64,000 nt of DNA from Chiloscyllium plagiosum (Eukaryota). The notes beneath the pieces are model-generated. The model had not been told where the DNA came from. It saw only the letters and a list, made by a program, of their open reading frames with translations, and searched no databases. This document shows positions 1-13,336 of this stretch, one piece after another. The first letter of the stretch is position 1, and every line of letters begins with the position of its first letter. Where the stretch lies: positions 3,826,306-3,890,305 of the forward strand of contig NC_057718.1 in the NCBI RefSeq assembly GCF_004010195.1, read 5' to 3'. The position numbers were made by a program, and so were the translations under genes.

Positions 1-226
1 ACTCAGCACCGCCTTCTTGACCTGCAATCTTCTTCCCGACCTCTACGCCCCCACACCCTCTCCGGCCTATCACCCTCACCTTAACCTCCTTCCACCTATC
101 GCATTCCCAACGCCCCTCCCCCAAGTCCCTCCTCCCTACCTTTTATCTTAGCCTGCTTGGCACATCCTCCTCATTCCTTTGATGCTGCCTGACCAGCTGT
201 GCTTTTCCAGTAACACATTTTTAAGC
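1..226 (+). mobile_element. Penelope-type 3' terminal repeat fragment
   Basis: C-rich tract plus gatgctgcctgacc.gctgtgcttttccag motif shared with the hairpin insertions. Confidence 0.55.
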
Positions 227-439
227 TATGTCCACCCCAGTCCAACAACAGCACCTCCACATCATTGTTGGCTGAACAGCTTGTGAATGTGAATGGCTAT
301 AGCCAGAAGCCATCGGATCTCTGGAAATTGAGATGGAGTAATTTTCTCTGCAGTAAAAGCCAACTAATGCCCAAAGGAAACCAGTTTATTTTCCCTTAGC
401 AGCTGCTGCAAGCTGTTGTTTTTAAGCAGAATTTTTAAG

Positions 440-1975
440 CAGTCATTGTATGTTTCCTACAAGGGAGTGGAGAACACTGAGCGAGAGAGAGAGATATTTA
501 CAAAAATCAAATCCTGATGGACAAAATGTACATTCATTCACAGACAATGCAACATGGTTCTGCAGAAATAGATTGGGCCATTTTTTAAAAATACCTGAAA
601 GAAAGACCATCCCAGTGGGGCAAGGAAATCCCATCAGAAGGTCGAATGTGATAAATTCTCAGAGTTCTTTCAATTTCTTGTCAATGATGCTGATTCCAGA
701 AAATGAAACATCGATGAAAGAAACTCTGACCATAATTCAGATTCCAATGGGAAGTAATTAGAGACCCTGATATTGGAAAAGATTTCTTTGCAAGTACTTT
801 ATGAAGAGATTTTATCAGCATTTCCCTTGTCTTTTACTGACTGAGAGGTTGAAACTGTGCATTTGGTCCTTCTTGAAGATCTCTTCTCTTTTGATCAAGA
901 GACAGGGATCTTTTTTCACTGCTTTTTGTCAGCTCAACAATTTTGCTTCAGCTGCTCTCAAATATCCAAACAGTTCCACATTCCAGCTTCTCATAGTTCA
1001 TGCATTTTTATGTCACCTTAATATGGGTTTCTGTTCAGTGTTCACTTTTTGCGCTAGAACTTTAAAGGGTGGTTCTGATGTTACCTTATATAATTCATGA
1101 CTTTTTTGCAACTGAAGAGTATACTCCCAGCTCCGACTGCTCCTGCACACCTGTTATAATTACACTTTTAAATAAAATTGTCTCCACTGCTCATATTTCT
1201 CCACCCAATCTGAGTATCCTCACATCTCTCTGCAATACATCTGATCTGTGATTGGCTGCCCACTCTCCCCCAATAGGACAAGTAGAAGAGAAAGCCCCAG
1301 GACCTACCTGAGCCAGAATGGTGTCTGAAGCCAGGCTCTCAGCAACATTCAACATGAAGCTCCGGGTAATTTTTATTATTCTGGAAACTCCCAGAATATT
1401 ATAATCACTCTTCCCTAGTCAGGTGGCTCGAATGGCTGGAATGTAATGTAGAATTATAACAACATCTCAGCTTCAATCCCAATCTCAGCTGTGGGTGCTC
1501 ATGGAGAGAGAGTTCCTCCCCTATCCCTTGTTCTCAATGTGGAGTGGTTCCCTTTAACCTGGATCGAACCAATTGTCTCTGGAATGGAGAGAGATGTGTG
1601 TGTCTCTTTTTGCTCTATGGTTCATTCCCAATCCCTGGGAGATTCCCCTGCAGATGTTTTACCTCACAGGGCAATCTCCTAGACTGTGCACATCCAGCCC
1701 AATGACACTGACACTCTTGTGAGTTGAATGGAATTAATATCACTCATTTTACATATTTCCCACAAAATCCTCCTCCTATTGTCACAAAAAAAGTCCCCTT
1801 TCTCCCAAACACACCATCAACATTGAAACTGAGCTCAGCTTCCTCCCCACAGTGAATCCATCCCCAAGATCACTCTTCATCACTTACTCAATCTTCTTGA
1901 TCACAAACTGATCTCCACTTCATTCATCAGGCATGAGATTTTTGCTGGAGGTGATTGTCGTGTAAAGTACACTTG
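440..1975 (-). repeat. Segmental duplication module (VJ 3' flank plus unidentified block); VJ exon absent
   Basis: Reverse complement aligns by eye to 52750-53860. Similarity stops at about the expected splice donor position (~1972). Confidence 0.75.
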
Positions 1976-2904
1976 GGCCCAGTGTTTTTTAAATACGTTT
2001 TTTGACCATTCACAGAGTTGCAGCAAATGTGTGAATTCTCAAGTTCAGGTGACTGATTCTGAGGAATCTGCACTGAATAAATCATTACCATCACTCCTGA
2101 AATAAACCTTTCTGAGCCACATTTAGAAAATCCAACCAGTAATATCCTCCCTTATTTAAAAAACACTGGGCCCAATCCCTTCCTCGTTATAACAATTGCC
2201 ATTTATGTAGCAGTGTGTACTCACTAAAATATCAGGGTTTAATTTGAGCTGCAACTGATCTGCTGTCTGACCAATTCATTTCTATCCTCCTGCAATCTAA
2301 CACCATCCTCCTCACTCTTAACTACTGGGACAATCTTTCTGTCATCTGCAAACTTACTTACCATCCCCAGATCTACATCATTTATATCCAGCATGGACAA
2401 TAAGGGACCCAGCACTGATACACCACTAGACGCTGGCCTCCAGTCACACAAACCGCCCTCTACCACCACCCTCTGATCTTGGGACAGAAAAAATTTTGGA
2501 TCCAGCTTCTAAAGTGAGCCTGGATCCAATCAGCTTTTACTTTCATTATCTGTCTCCCAGAGTGGGCCTTGTCAAAAGTTTGACTGAAATCCCAATAAAC
2601 TACATTCCCCAGAGAACTGTGGAGACTCAGTTATTGGGAACATTCAAGACTGAAGTTAGAACTTTCTGTAGGTGATTTACCTGATGGCATTTGGAGACAG
2701 TGTGTCAAAGTACCATTTAGGTCATTGATCATCCATCCTTTAACTGAGTGGTGGGGCAGACTTGATGGGCTGAATGGCCTACTCCTGTTCCTGTGTCCCT
2801 CTGTCTGTATCACTTAGACTAAGGGAATGAATGAGGGTCATAAGAAGGGAGGTAACAAGGGTGGGTATGAGAAAGGGTAAAGTGCGTCAGAGATGGAGGC
2901 GGGA

Positions 2905-3363
2905 ACGGCCTCCGTACGAGGAATGGCTGAGGATCCTGGGATTGTATTCATTGGAGTTTAGAAGATTAAGGGAGATCTAATAGAAACTTACAAGATAATA
3001 CATGGCTTGGAAAGGGTGGACGCTAGGAAATTGTTTCCGTTAGGCGAGGAGACTAGGACCCGTGGACACAGCCTTAGAATTAGAGGGGGTAAATTCAGAA
3101 CAGAAATGCGGAGACATTTCTTCAGCCAGAGAGTGGTGGGCCTGTGGAATTCATTGCCACACAGTGCAGTGGAGGCTGGGACGCTAAATATCTTCAAGGC
3201 AGAAATTGATAAATTCTTGATGTCACAAGGAATTAAGGGCTACGGGGAGAATGCGGGTAAGTGGAGTTAAAATGCCCATCAGCCATGATTGAATTGTGGA
3301 GTGGACTCGATAGGCCGAAGGGCCTTACTTCCACTCCTATGTTTTATGGTCTTATGGTCTTAT
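2905..3363 (+). mobile_element. Young 5'-truncated CR1 LINE 3' end
   Basis: Open ORF2 C-terminus (..RTRGHSLRIRGGKFRTEMRRHFFSQRVVGLWNSLP..) and (tatggtct)n-like tail; absent from the paralogous flank at ~30460. Confidence 0.85.
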
Positions 3364-5359
3364 TGGAGTGTCATTGAGCAGAACAGGAGTTGCAGAGGGT
3401 CCTGGGAAATGATGGCCCAAAGACTCGAGAGCTGAGAGTTTGAAATTTCCCATTTAAAATCTCAAGACCATGAGATATCGGAGCAGAATTGGGCCATTCA
3501 GCCCATTGAGTCTGCTGCACAATTTGATCACGACTGAAATGTCCTTACAATACAGCTACTTATCTATCTCTGTTTTAAATACACTCAGTGGTGTGGCCTC
3601 CACAGTCTTCTGTGGCAATGGGTTCCACAGGTTCACCACCCTCTGGGTGAAGAAATTCCTCCTCATCTGAATTCTAAATGACCATCCCTTCACTCTGAGG
3701 CTGTGTCCTCAGGTCCTAGTCTCTCATACTGGTGGGTACCTCTTCTCCACATCCACTTTATCCAGGCCTCTCAGTATTCTGGATGTTTCAATCAGATCCC
3801 ACCCCACTTCTTCTAAACTCCATTCAGTTCAGAGACAGAGTCCTCAACTCATCACATCTTAATGAGTTACCACAGAAACCACCTGTAGTTTAAATGACGA
3901 TGAGGCACAGATTAGCCAGGGTCCAGCTGAATGTGAAACTGGCTCAAAAGAGTGAATGTCAATGGAATACAATATATTTTGAGAAAACAAATCCCTTTGT
4001 TTTCTGTTAAACTTTCAAGTCTCTATTATTAAAGATAAATACAGGCTGATGGAGTAATATTGAGAAAATTCCAGACTTACCCAATGTCCCTATCAATGCT
4101 TGTAAAACCTCATCTGTTTCATTAATGTCCTTCAGGGAAGGAAATCCACTACCCTTACCTGGTCCGGCCTTCATGTGACACAAGATCCACACTGATGTGG
4201 ATTTCTCTTATTGCCCTCTGACATAAACAGTGAAGTGACTCAGTCTGAGGCAATTAGGGGCTAGGAACAAATGCTGGCTTTCCCAGCGATGCCTACATCC
4301 CATCAGATAATTAAGTAAAATGTTCCTTGGGACTCCACAATAAACCGTTCATTAACTGGATCAGTTTAATAAATATTGTGGCTCCATGAGCAGGTGAAAT
4401 CTGCACGCTGACTCCCACAGCCTGTCCACCATGTTTCTATAAAACAGAAGGCAGGAATATGATGGAATTCTTCTCAATTACCAGGATGAGTATAGCTCCA
4501 ACAACATTCAAGGCGATTCACACCATCCAGGACGAAGCACTCTGATCAATTGGCACCACAACTAACTCTTTCAACAACGATGGGCAGTCTGTTTCATCTA
4601 CAAGGTGAACTTCAGTAACTTACCAAGGCTCCTCCAACAGTAGCTTCTGAACCCACAGCTTCTCCCATCTGAAAGGACAAGGTCAGCAGATACATGGGAC
4701 ACCATCTCCTTCAGGTTCCTCTCTAACTGGCCTCAATTACTTCCTGTGGCTGAGAATATCTGGAATGGATTATGAAGAAGCAATGTGTCATTATGAATCC
4801 AAAATGTTTCCTTTACCTGTGAGCTTCATTCCATGATACCCTGGTCCAGAATGATTTCCTGCCATTGACAATGCTTTCCCAAAACATTACAGTTTGAGGT
4901 AACTGGCTGAATATATCCCTTACTCAAATGGACCTTCTAAAACTCCTTGAGAAATTTTACTCAAAGCTAATTATTGTGCAACATTGCAAGCTGGATGAAC
5001 TGAATGGTCTCAATCTGTGTTGCAAGGTACATTATTTTGCATGTAAGCCTGTGATGTTGGTGATTATTGCTTTTGAGAAAACAGTAATATCTGAGAGAAA
5101 ACAGAAGACTTAAAGGAGAGAAGAGACTGGAAGGACATAGTGCGGAATTGATGTAATGGAGTCAAGGATGTAACACCAGTTTAAAAACTGACATTTTCAC
5201 ATTTGACAAATAAATGAAACTTAATATGACCTGCAGCTTTCTCTATCATAACTTAACAATTAAGGAATTTGTATAAATCAGGTCAATGGTTTCTGTCTAC
5301 AGGATTCATTGGGATGGTTAGTTTGTCGATCAGGATTTGCTGTTTGATGATATCTCTCT

Positions 5360-5650
5360 CTCTCTCTCTCTCTCCTTCTCTCTCTTTCTCTTTTCAAGTG
5401 TTTTCCACTTCGTTGCAGGAAACACAGAATGACTGGTTTACAAATTCTGGTTAAAAGCAACAGCTTGCAGCAGCTGGTAAGGGAAAATACACCGGCTTTC
5501 TTCAGACATTAGTTAGCTTTCACTGCAGAGAAAATGACTCCACCTCAATTTCCAGAGGTCCGATGGCTTCTGTTTATAATCATTCACACTCACAAGCTGT
5601 TCAACATGCAATTATATGGTGATGCGGGTATTGGATTGAGGTGGACATAG
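5360..5650 (-). repeat. Inverted duplicate of 230-480, next to a (CT)n tract
   Basis: For example, cactgcagagaaaatgactccacctcaatttccagagg is the reverse complement of ctctggaaattgagatggagtaattttctctgcagt. Confidence 0.7.
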
Positions 5651-7199
5651 AAGTCACATGACACGAGGTTATAGTCCAACCAATTTATTTTAAATGACTG
5701 GTTTTCAGAGCACTGCTCCTTCTTCAGATGATGTGTTAGCAATCACATTGTTGTTGGCAGGCATATGGCCTTGTCAATGAACACAAGTCCCCACTCCACA
5801 GATCAGTCAGTTACTTGTTGCATCTCCACATCCCAAGCTGCCACTTTGTCTGCAATAAATACCACCACCACCACCCACCCTCAAACTGGACCTCTTCTGG
5901 AGCACTGTGTGCAGTTCTGGTCGTCCTGCTATTGGATAAAAACATTATTAAATTGGAGAAGGTTCTGAAAAGATTTCCAGGATGTGGCCAGGAATAGAGG
6001 GTTTGAGTTACAAAAATAGCCTTGGAGTTTCTCCACTGGAGCGTTGGTGGTGGCAGGGTGACCTTTTAGATGTTTATAAAATCATGAGGGGCAAAGATCA
6101 GGTGAATATCATGGGCATTGTCCCTAGGGTGTGGGGAATTCAAAACTAGGGGACACATTTTTAAGGTGAGAGAAGAAAGATTTCAGAAGGACATGAGGGG
6201 CACTTCACCTGAAGAAGGGGCTACACTCCAAAAGCTTGTGATTTCAAATAAACCTGTTGGACTATAATCTGATTTCATGTGAGTTCAGACTTTATGGATG
6301 AATACAACAATGCCGTGTCAGAGCTAAAGCAGGTATCGACTCCAAAAATCAAGATAAGACCTCCACCTTCTCCCATTTTCTGTTACAAACATCGGCCCTG
6401 CAAAGCTCTGCAGTACTCACATGGAAAGGAAGCCTCTCCTCTCCTCGAGCTGCACTGCCCCCTCGGGCCTTTCTTGCTGCTTCATTTGAAAACACCCAGA
6501 GGCAGGAAACATAACCCTGTCTATCATCAGCAATGCAATACACATCTGGGTGCGCATGCTCCACCATTCATGACTTGCTCCCTGACTGTGCGCCAGTGCA
6601 TTGTACTATCCATCATTGCATTGTGACATAAGGATTGCCTCAAACACAGGGACTGTTGGGTGCAGCTGTTGCCATTGACATAAGTAGAGTCTGATTATCA
6701 TTATTTTCCTGTTAAGGAGCTGGATGGCTAAATATTTATATTAACTTACCGTTTCGCTGATCTCAAACAGATGTGCCTATTCAGCGCACAGTTTCTTTTG
6801 GGTGATGTCTTACAGCATTGTCACAACACATGGTGACAAAGCAGGTGATAAAGTGTTGAGAATTGATGAGAAGTTGTTATTGGATAAACTATTGTTTCTC
6901 CAAGTTGACAAGATATATGACCGGATGTACTGCATCCAGTCATACTCAATGAAGTGGAAGGAGAAATTGAGGAGACATTGACCTTAATCACTCAGTCCTC
7001 CCTTAACTCAGGAGAGGAACCAAAAGAATGGAGACTTGCAAACATCATGTCTATTTTGACAAAAGGTTGTAAAGTTAAGCACAGTTATTATAGACCAGTC
7101 AGTGATTATCAGTGAAGCAACTATTTGGAATAGAATTGGCAGTAATGTAGAAAATTTTGTTTTGAACAAGAACTGTTAGCAAGCATTTCTAAAGGAAAA

Positions 7200-7560
7200 A
7201 TGATAAGTGAGGGGGATAAAGAGAGAGGGGGGAGAATGAGGAGGTAGAGAGATAGACAAACAGGGGTGCCCGAGGGGAAAGAGGGATGTAAAAATAAGTG
7301 GTGAGATATTTAAAAAGAGCGAGAGATGGAGAAATAATAAGTAATTGTGAGAGACAGAGAGAAGACCACAGACAGAGAAGTAAAAGCAAGATAGATTGAG
7401 AGATAGAATGAAAGCGAGCAAGTGATACAGTAAGGAGCAAGAAAGGGCAGGCAGGGAGCATGTGAACCAGAGGTAGAGGAAGGCAGGCAGGGAAAATGAG
7501 AGAAAAAATAAGTCAGATGCAAAATACGCAGGTGAATGAAAGAAAGAGAGATCAGTAACA
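7200..7560. repeat. Purine-rich (GA) low-complexity tract within CR1 remnants
   Basis: Visible composition. Confidence 0.75.
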
Positions 7561-9059
7561 GATAGAATTTAATCATCATAAATGTGAGATGATGCACTTT
7601 TGAAGAAGTGACAAGACAAGGGTCTTGAGGAATGAAGAGGAGGATACTAGGAAACTGCGAGGAACAAAGTGATCTCTATGTGCTTGCCCATAGATCCTTG
7701 AAGGTGGCTGGCCAGATTAACAGTCCAGTTAAGAAGGCATTCGGGATGCTTGCAATTTTCAGTTGAGGTACAGTTTATTAGTGCGAGTTGGTTATGTTAC
7801 AGCTGTACAGCACTTTGGTTAGGCCTCAGATGGAGTACTTTGTGCAGTTTTGGTCACCACACTAAAGAAAGGATGGAATTACCATGGAGGAGGTGCAAAG
7901 GAGATTGACCAGGATGTTGTCTGAGATGGAGCATTTCAGATGTGAAGAGAGATGATGAGCTTGGGTTGCTTCCTTTGGAGCAGAGAAGATTGTGAGGTTC
8001 GGAGGGAAGGGTGGTGGGGATGAATAAGGTATTGAAAGGGTGATAAGAAAGCAGCTGTTCCCATTCATCAAAGGGTCAGTAACAAGGGGGCAGAACTTTA
8101 AAGTGAAAGGCAGAAAATTCACAGGAGTTTTGAGAAAACCTTCTTCACCCAGAGTGTGATGGGTGTCTGGAATGCACTGCTTGGGAAGCTATTTGAGGGG
8201 GGAAAGCTCACAAATTCAAAAACTGCATGGATAAACAGTTAAACTATCGTAATTCTGTGTATTTGGATGTTTCATAACTTGCTCAATGCAGGAAAGATAT
8301 ATATCTTTAGTCTTACAGGCCCAATGGCTAAACAGCCTCTTGTATGAGGAATTAGATCAGTCAAGCGATGAGATGATGGTTGTGTGGTTATCGCTAGACT
8401 ATTAATCTGGAAACTCAACTAATGTTCATGGGACTCATGCAAAATCCATTGGATGGTGCAATTTGAGTTCCATGGAATTCTCGAAATAAAAATCCAATGA
8501 TTACCAGGAAGCCATTACCAATTGTCAGAAAAAGCTGTCTGGTTCACTAACGTTCTTTAAGGAAGGAATTTGCCATTCTTACATGGTCTGGCCTACATAT
8601 GTTTCAAGAGCCACAGCAATGTGGTTGACTCTTAACTGCTGTCTGGTAATTAGGAATGGCCACCAGTTTGGTAAAATGTTGATTTTTGTGCAGAAGCTGG
8701 GGGAGGGGTGGGGGCTAAAAGCATGAATGGAGTTAGAGCCAAAAGAGAGAGAAGAACAGTTGGACAGACAAAGCAATGGATAATGATCTCGCTAGGAGAG
8801 TGACTAGCTGTTAATGGAGACTGTTAGTGGGGGCAGACTATCTGATAATAAGGCTTGATGTGTGAGGTTGAGGGCGAGGATATGGAAACATTCAGGCCCT
8901 AAAATTAGAAGCCAACATTTTCCCAGTTCTGAAGATGGGTCACCAGATCCAAAACATTAACTCCAATTTATCTTCACAGATGCTCCCAGACCTGCTGAAC
9001 TTTTCAATCAATTTCTGTTTCTGATTTACAGCATCAACAGTTCTTTCGGTTTTGATTTA

Positions 9060-10170
9060 GTCATGGCCTCATCATGAGTTCAATGGAGAGTGCATGAGGA
9101 CATGCCAGGAGGAGCACCAGGAATCACTGAAAATGAGGTATCAACCTGGTGAAGCTACGAATCAGCATCGGCAGCCAGTGATAGACAGAGCTAAGGAAGA
9201 CCACAAACAGTGGATCAGATCTAAGCTCTGCAGTCCTTCCACATCCAGTCATGAATAGTTGTGGACAATTAAACAACTCACTGGAGGATGATGCTGTACA
9301 AATATGCCCATCCTCAGTAATGAAAGAACCAAACACACCAGTGCAAAAAAGAAAGGCTGAAGTTTTCATAGCAACCTTCAGCCAAAAGTGCCCAGTGGAT
9401 GATCCATCTCAGCCTCCTGCAATGGTCCCCAATATTACAGATACCAGTCTTCCACCAATTTGATTCACTCCATGTGATATCAATAATTGATTGGAGACCC
9501 TGATAGTGCAAAGACTATGGGCCCTGACAACATTCCAACAAGGATGCTAAAGACTTATGCTCCAGAACATGTTGCTCACCATGCCAAGCTCTTCCAGTGC
9601 AGTTTTGACACTGGCATCAATCTAACAATGTGAAATATTGCCCAGGTATGTCCCATGGATAAAAATCATAACAAATCCAACCCAGACAATGCTGTCCCAT
9701 CAATCTACTCTTGATCTTCAGTATAGTGTTGGAAGGAGTCTTCAACGGCTCAGCAATAACCTGCTCAGTGCTGCCCTATTTGGGTTCCTTCAAACCTCCT
9801 CAGCTCCTGACCTCATTCCAGTCTTGGTTCAAACATGGTTAAAACAGCTGAATTCCAGAGGTGAGGTGAGAGTGACATCCCTTGACATTAAGGCTGCATT
9901 TGATTGAGTGTGGCATCCAGGAGTCTGAGCAAAACTGAAATTAATTGGTTTTGGGGGGAAACTCACCACCGGTTGGCGTCATGCCTGGCACATAGGAAGA
10001 TGGTCATTGTAGTTAGAAGTCAGTCATTTCAACTCCAGGACATATCTGCAGAGTTCCTCAGGGTAGTGTCCTTGGACCAACCATCTTCAGCTGCTTCATC
10101 AATGACCCTCCTTCATCATAAGGTCAGAAAAGGGGATGTTGACCAATGATTGCATAATATTCAGCATCAG
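9060..10170 (+). mobile_element. Degenerate CR1/L2-group LINE RT fragment
   Basis: ..FGFLQTSSAPDL..VRVTSLDIKAAFD.. RT motifs with frameshifts. Confidence 0.7.
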
Positions 10171-10456
10171 TGCCTGAGGGGTGAAGTTTTTCAAGTTTAT
10201 AAAATCATGAAGGGCATGGATAAAGTGAATAGCCAAGGTCTTTTTTCTCAGTGTAAAGGAGTCCAAAAATACAGGGCATTAGTTTAAGGTGAGAGGGGAA
10301 AGAATTGAAAGGAACCTGAGGGACAACCTTTTCACTCAAAGTGTGGTGCATGTATGGAAAGACCTGTCAGAAAAGGTGATGGAGGCAGATAAAAATGCAA
10401 CGTTTAAAGGCAGATGGATAGGTACATGGATAGGAAGTATTTCGAAGAATATGGGT

Positions 10457-10660
10457 TTAGATTAGAGTGGTGCTGGAAAAGCACAGCAGTTCAGGCAGCA
10501 TCCGAGGAGCAGTAAAATCTACTGTATTCCTGATGAAGGTTTTTTGCCAGAAACATAGATTTTACTGCTCATCGGATGCAGCCTGAACTGCTGTGCTTTT
10601 CCAGCACCACTCTTAATCTAAACTCTGGTTTCCAGCATCTGCAGTCATTGTTTTTACCTT
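10457..10660 (+). mobile_element. Hairpin Penelope-type insertion with decayed hammerhead core
   Basis: ~65-bp inverted arms (10457-10521 / 10556-10621) around CTGATGA...GAAAC. Confidence 0.7.
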
Positions 10661-10869
10661 CCAAAAATATAGGCCAAATGCTGCCAAATGGGACTTGATC
10701 AGTTTATAATATCTGGTTAGTGCAGACGAGTTGGACCAAAGAGTCTGTTTCCTTGCCGTATAACTCTATGGCTAACAGATAGCGGGTAAAATTCACAATT
10801 TTGTAAAAACAAAACCAACACCCTGTGACAATTAGCCTGAATGTAGACCAATTGCAAAAAAGGTTCCCT

Positions 10870-11765
10870 TTGAGTATGTGTCTGTCTTTGGGTGTGTGTT
10901 TGAGTATCTGACAGTTTGTGTCTGTGAGTGTATGTGTTGGTGTTTGTGGTGTGTGTTGGTGTCTGTGCATTGTGGTGTGTGTGTCTGCATGTGTGTTGGG
11001 CAGCATGGTGGCTCAGTGGATAGCATTGCTACCTCACAGTGTTAGGGATTCAGGTTTCCATTCCACCCTTGGTCGACAGTTTTTGTGGAGTTTGCACATT
11101 TTCCTCACCTCTGCATGGGTTTCCTCTAGGTTCTCCAGTTTCCTCCCACAGTCCAAAGATGTGCAGGTTAGATGGATTGACCGTGCTAAATTACCCATAC
11201 TGTCCAGGGGTGTTCTGGCTAGGGGGATTAGTTATTGAAATACAAGGTTACAGGGGTAGGGTAGGAAGGCAGGTCTCGGTGAGATGCTCTTCAGAGGGTC
11301 AATGTGGACTTGATGGGCCAAATGGCCTGGTTCTATACTTTAGTGATTCTGTGAGAGTGTGTGTAGATAGGTTAGACTATGTGTGTGTGTATTTGTAAGT
11401 CTGAGAGTTTGTGTATGTGTTTCTCAGTGTATGTATATATGTGTTTACACAAGTGCATTTGTATTTTGTATGTACACATGTCTGTATGTCTGTCTTTCTG
11501 TGTGTATATATATGTAAGAGAGAGTATGTTGTGGGTGTCCGTTGATGTGCACATAATGTGGAGTATATATGTACACAAGTGTATATATGAGAGAGAGTTT
11601 AGGTGCACACATGTGTATGTTGTGGATGTAAATTAGTGTGTGTGTACATGTGTGTATTGTGTTCAGTATGTGTGTAAGTATGTGTGTTTTTGGTCTGTGT
11701 GTAGATGAGTGTGTGTGCACACGCATGTCTGCATGCGTGCATGATGGCTGGTGTGGGTGTAAATG
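10870..11765. repeat. Degenerate (TG)n low-complexity tract split by a SINE
   Basis: Visible TG/TA repeats. Confidence 0.85.
10998..11352 (+). mobile_element. HE1-type tRNA-derived SINE
   Basis: gggcagcatggtggctcagtgg.tagca.tgct.cctcacag head; typical body ..cccacagtccaaagatgtgcaggttag.. Confidence 0.8.
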
Positions 11766-11973
11766 GGTCTGTCTATACTGAAACTGGTTACCCTTGCTTC
11801 ATCTCCCTGCAGTCAGAGAGATGGACAAAATAAAATGAAGACACAGGGTCAAGATAAGTGACCTGAGAGGCCAGCAGACAATGCATTCCCCCTTCCTTCT
11901 CAGGTAGAAATCACACCCATTCACTTAAATTACATTGTTACAACAGGCAACGATTCTTTCCTCACTGTGACAG

Positions 11974-12060
11974 GTTTTTTGTCAGGCAGTATCAGGCTCT
12001 GTGTGGAGCAGAAACCACAGGCTGGTTTTTGGCACAAAACTAATGGTGAAACCCAGTAAA
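11974..12060 (+). pseudogene. Degenerate TCR-alpha-like J segment with RSS
   Basis: Nonamer-like GTTTTTTGT (11974-82), 14-nt spacer, heptamer-like CTCTGTG (11997-12003). Coding WSRNHRLVFGTKLMVKP (FGxG missing two codons), then phase-1 donor gtaaa at 12056. Confidence 0.6.
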
Positions 12061-12250
12061 TGTTGTCCTTTGAGATAACAATGTTACAAATCTGATTGGA
12101 GGAAATTCAAATCTTTTCAAGAAAAGCGCAGAACATCTGACAATTAAATTGCTAATTGATTTCCCATCACTGAAATGACAATGAGAATAGACTGATAACA
12201 GAACTGCATTGGAAATCAGGACATCCCTCAGATATCCTCAAGGGCTACGA

Positions 12251-12308
12251 GGCTTTGGAAAAATGATATTTGGCAGAGGCACGAAATTCATTGTTGATCA
12301 TGGTCAGA
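12251..12308 (+). pseudogene. J segment (FGRG) without recognisable RSS
   Basis: GFGKMIFGRGTKFIVDH followed by phase-1 donor g|gtcaga. No heptamer/nonamer seen upstream. Confidence 0.65.
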
Positions 12309-13100
12309 GCTCAGGCTTTTAAAAAGGACTAGGTATGAAGTTGTTAGCAATTGATAAATATTGATCGAATAATATGTAACATTAACTGGACAATTAAAAT
12401 GCAAAACTTTCAACCTTCGTTCCTTTAGACAGAGAGAGTATGTTCAACATTCACCTCTTTCCAGTTCAGTTTGATGATGTATGAAATCAGTTAAAGACCA
12501 AAAAGCACACCAAGGCCAATTGTGATCATATCACAGCAGGAACACCTTTTTTACAAACATCCTGAATTTTACCTTGGGCTCAATCAAAATCATATTAATC
12601 TCACTGATGATTGTAAAATCCTAGGACACAGTCAGCAGTGACTGAGGTTAATTACAGGAAAGTAAATCAGACACACAGAATTTGATAGGAAAAGATTCTG
12701 AGGTCTGATTAAGGAACAGGAACCAAATGAGGGAAAATTGTCAGGAATCATGTTTTGTCTCCCCCTTGTCTAACAGCCCAGACTGATAGATTCTGCACTC
12801 CCTAAACCAAATACATAAATCCCAGATCAGAATCCAGGAGAATCTGAGAGACTGCAACACTCAGGGATACTGGGAAACCTTCTAAGAGTCCTGATGGACT
12901 GATGTAAAAATTGTCATCCATCAGCATATTATTCAATATTTCTCATGTAATACGCAGGTCACAATAAAAAAATTACCAAAAATTTCACTGATTATTTAAG
13001 TTATGTTATAAAGATAGTTTTACAATCAACATGGGAGATACAGTGCAGACACATCTAATCTCAGGTCAAAGCAGAATTATACTGAATTTGCTCATTTGGA

Positions 13101-13201
13101 GGTTTTTGCTGAAGGGCTCACTAAGCACTATGTGAATACTGGGAGCAGCTACAGGCTTTTATATGGAAAAGGAATGAAGGTGACTGTGAAGCCAAATAGG
13201 T
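13101..13201 (+). pseudogene. Degenerate TCR-alpha-like J segment with RSS
   Basis: Nonamer GGTTTTTGC, spacer lengthened by an apparent cacta duplication, heptamer-like CTATGTG. Coding NTGSSYRLLYGKGMKVTVKP; donor reads ATAGGT instead of GTAGGT. Confidence 0.65.
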
Positions 13202-13253
13202 ATTCACTATTAACCACAGACTGTCTATTTACTCAATATATTCACCTATCCTG

Positions 13254-13336
13254 GGGTTTTGTTAGTCTGTGCAGACTGTGAGGAACATGGACTACAAAGC
13301 CCAAAGCTAATGAAGGAACCCAGTCTGTGATACTTC
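13254..13336 (+). pseudogene. Highly degenerate J segment with 12-type RSS
   Basis: GGGTTTTGT, 11-nt spacer, GACTGTG; then ..PKLM / GTQSVIL in shifted frames (FG lost). Confidence 0.4.

Noticed and set aside
4810-4890. Minus-strand GMKLT + gtaaag resembling a J end
   Set aside because: No FGxG and no credible heptamer.
7176-7597. Hydrophobic, TM-looking ORFs
   Set aside because: Translations of a GA/CT low-complexity tract.
10998-11070. tRNA-like A/B box sequence
   Set aside because: It is the head of an HE1-type SINE, not a tRNA gene.
10704-11726. Cys/Val- or His/Thr-rich ORFs
   Set aside because: Translations of a (TG)n tract and a SINE.
11963-11969. Perfect heptamer CACTGTG
   Set aside because: No nonamer at 12 or 23 nt spacing.
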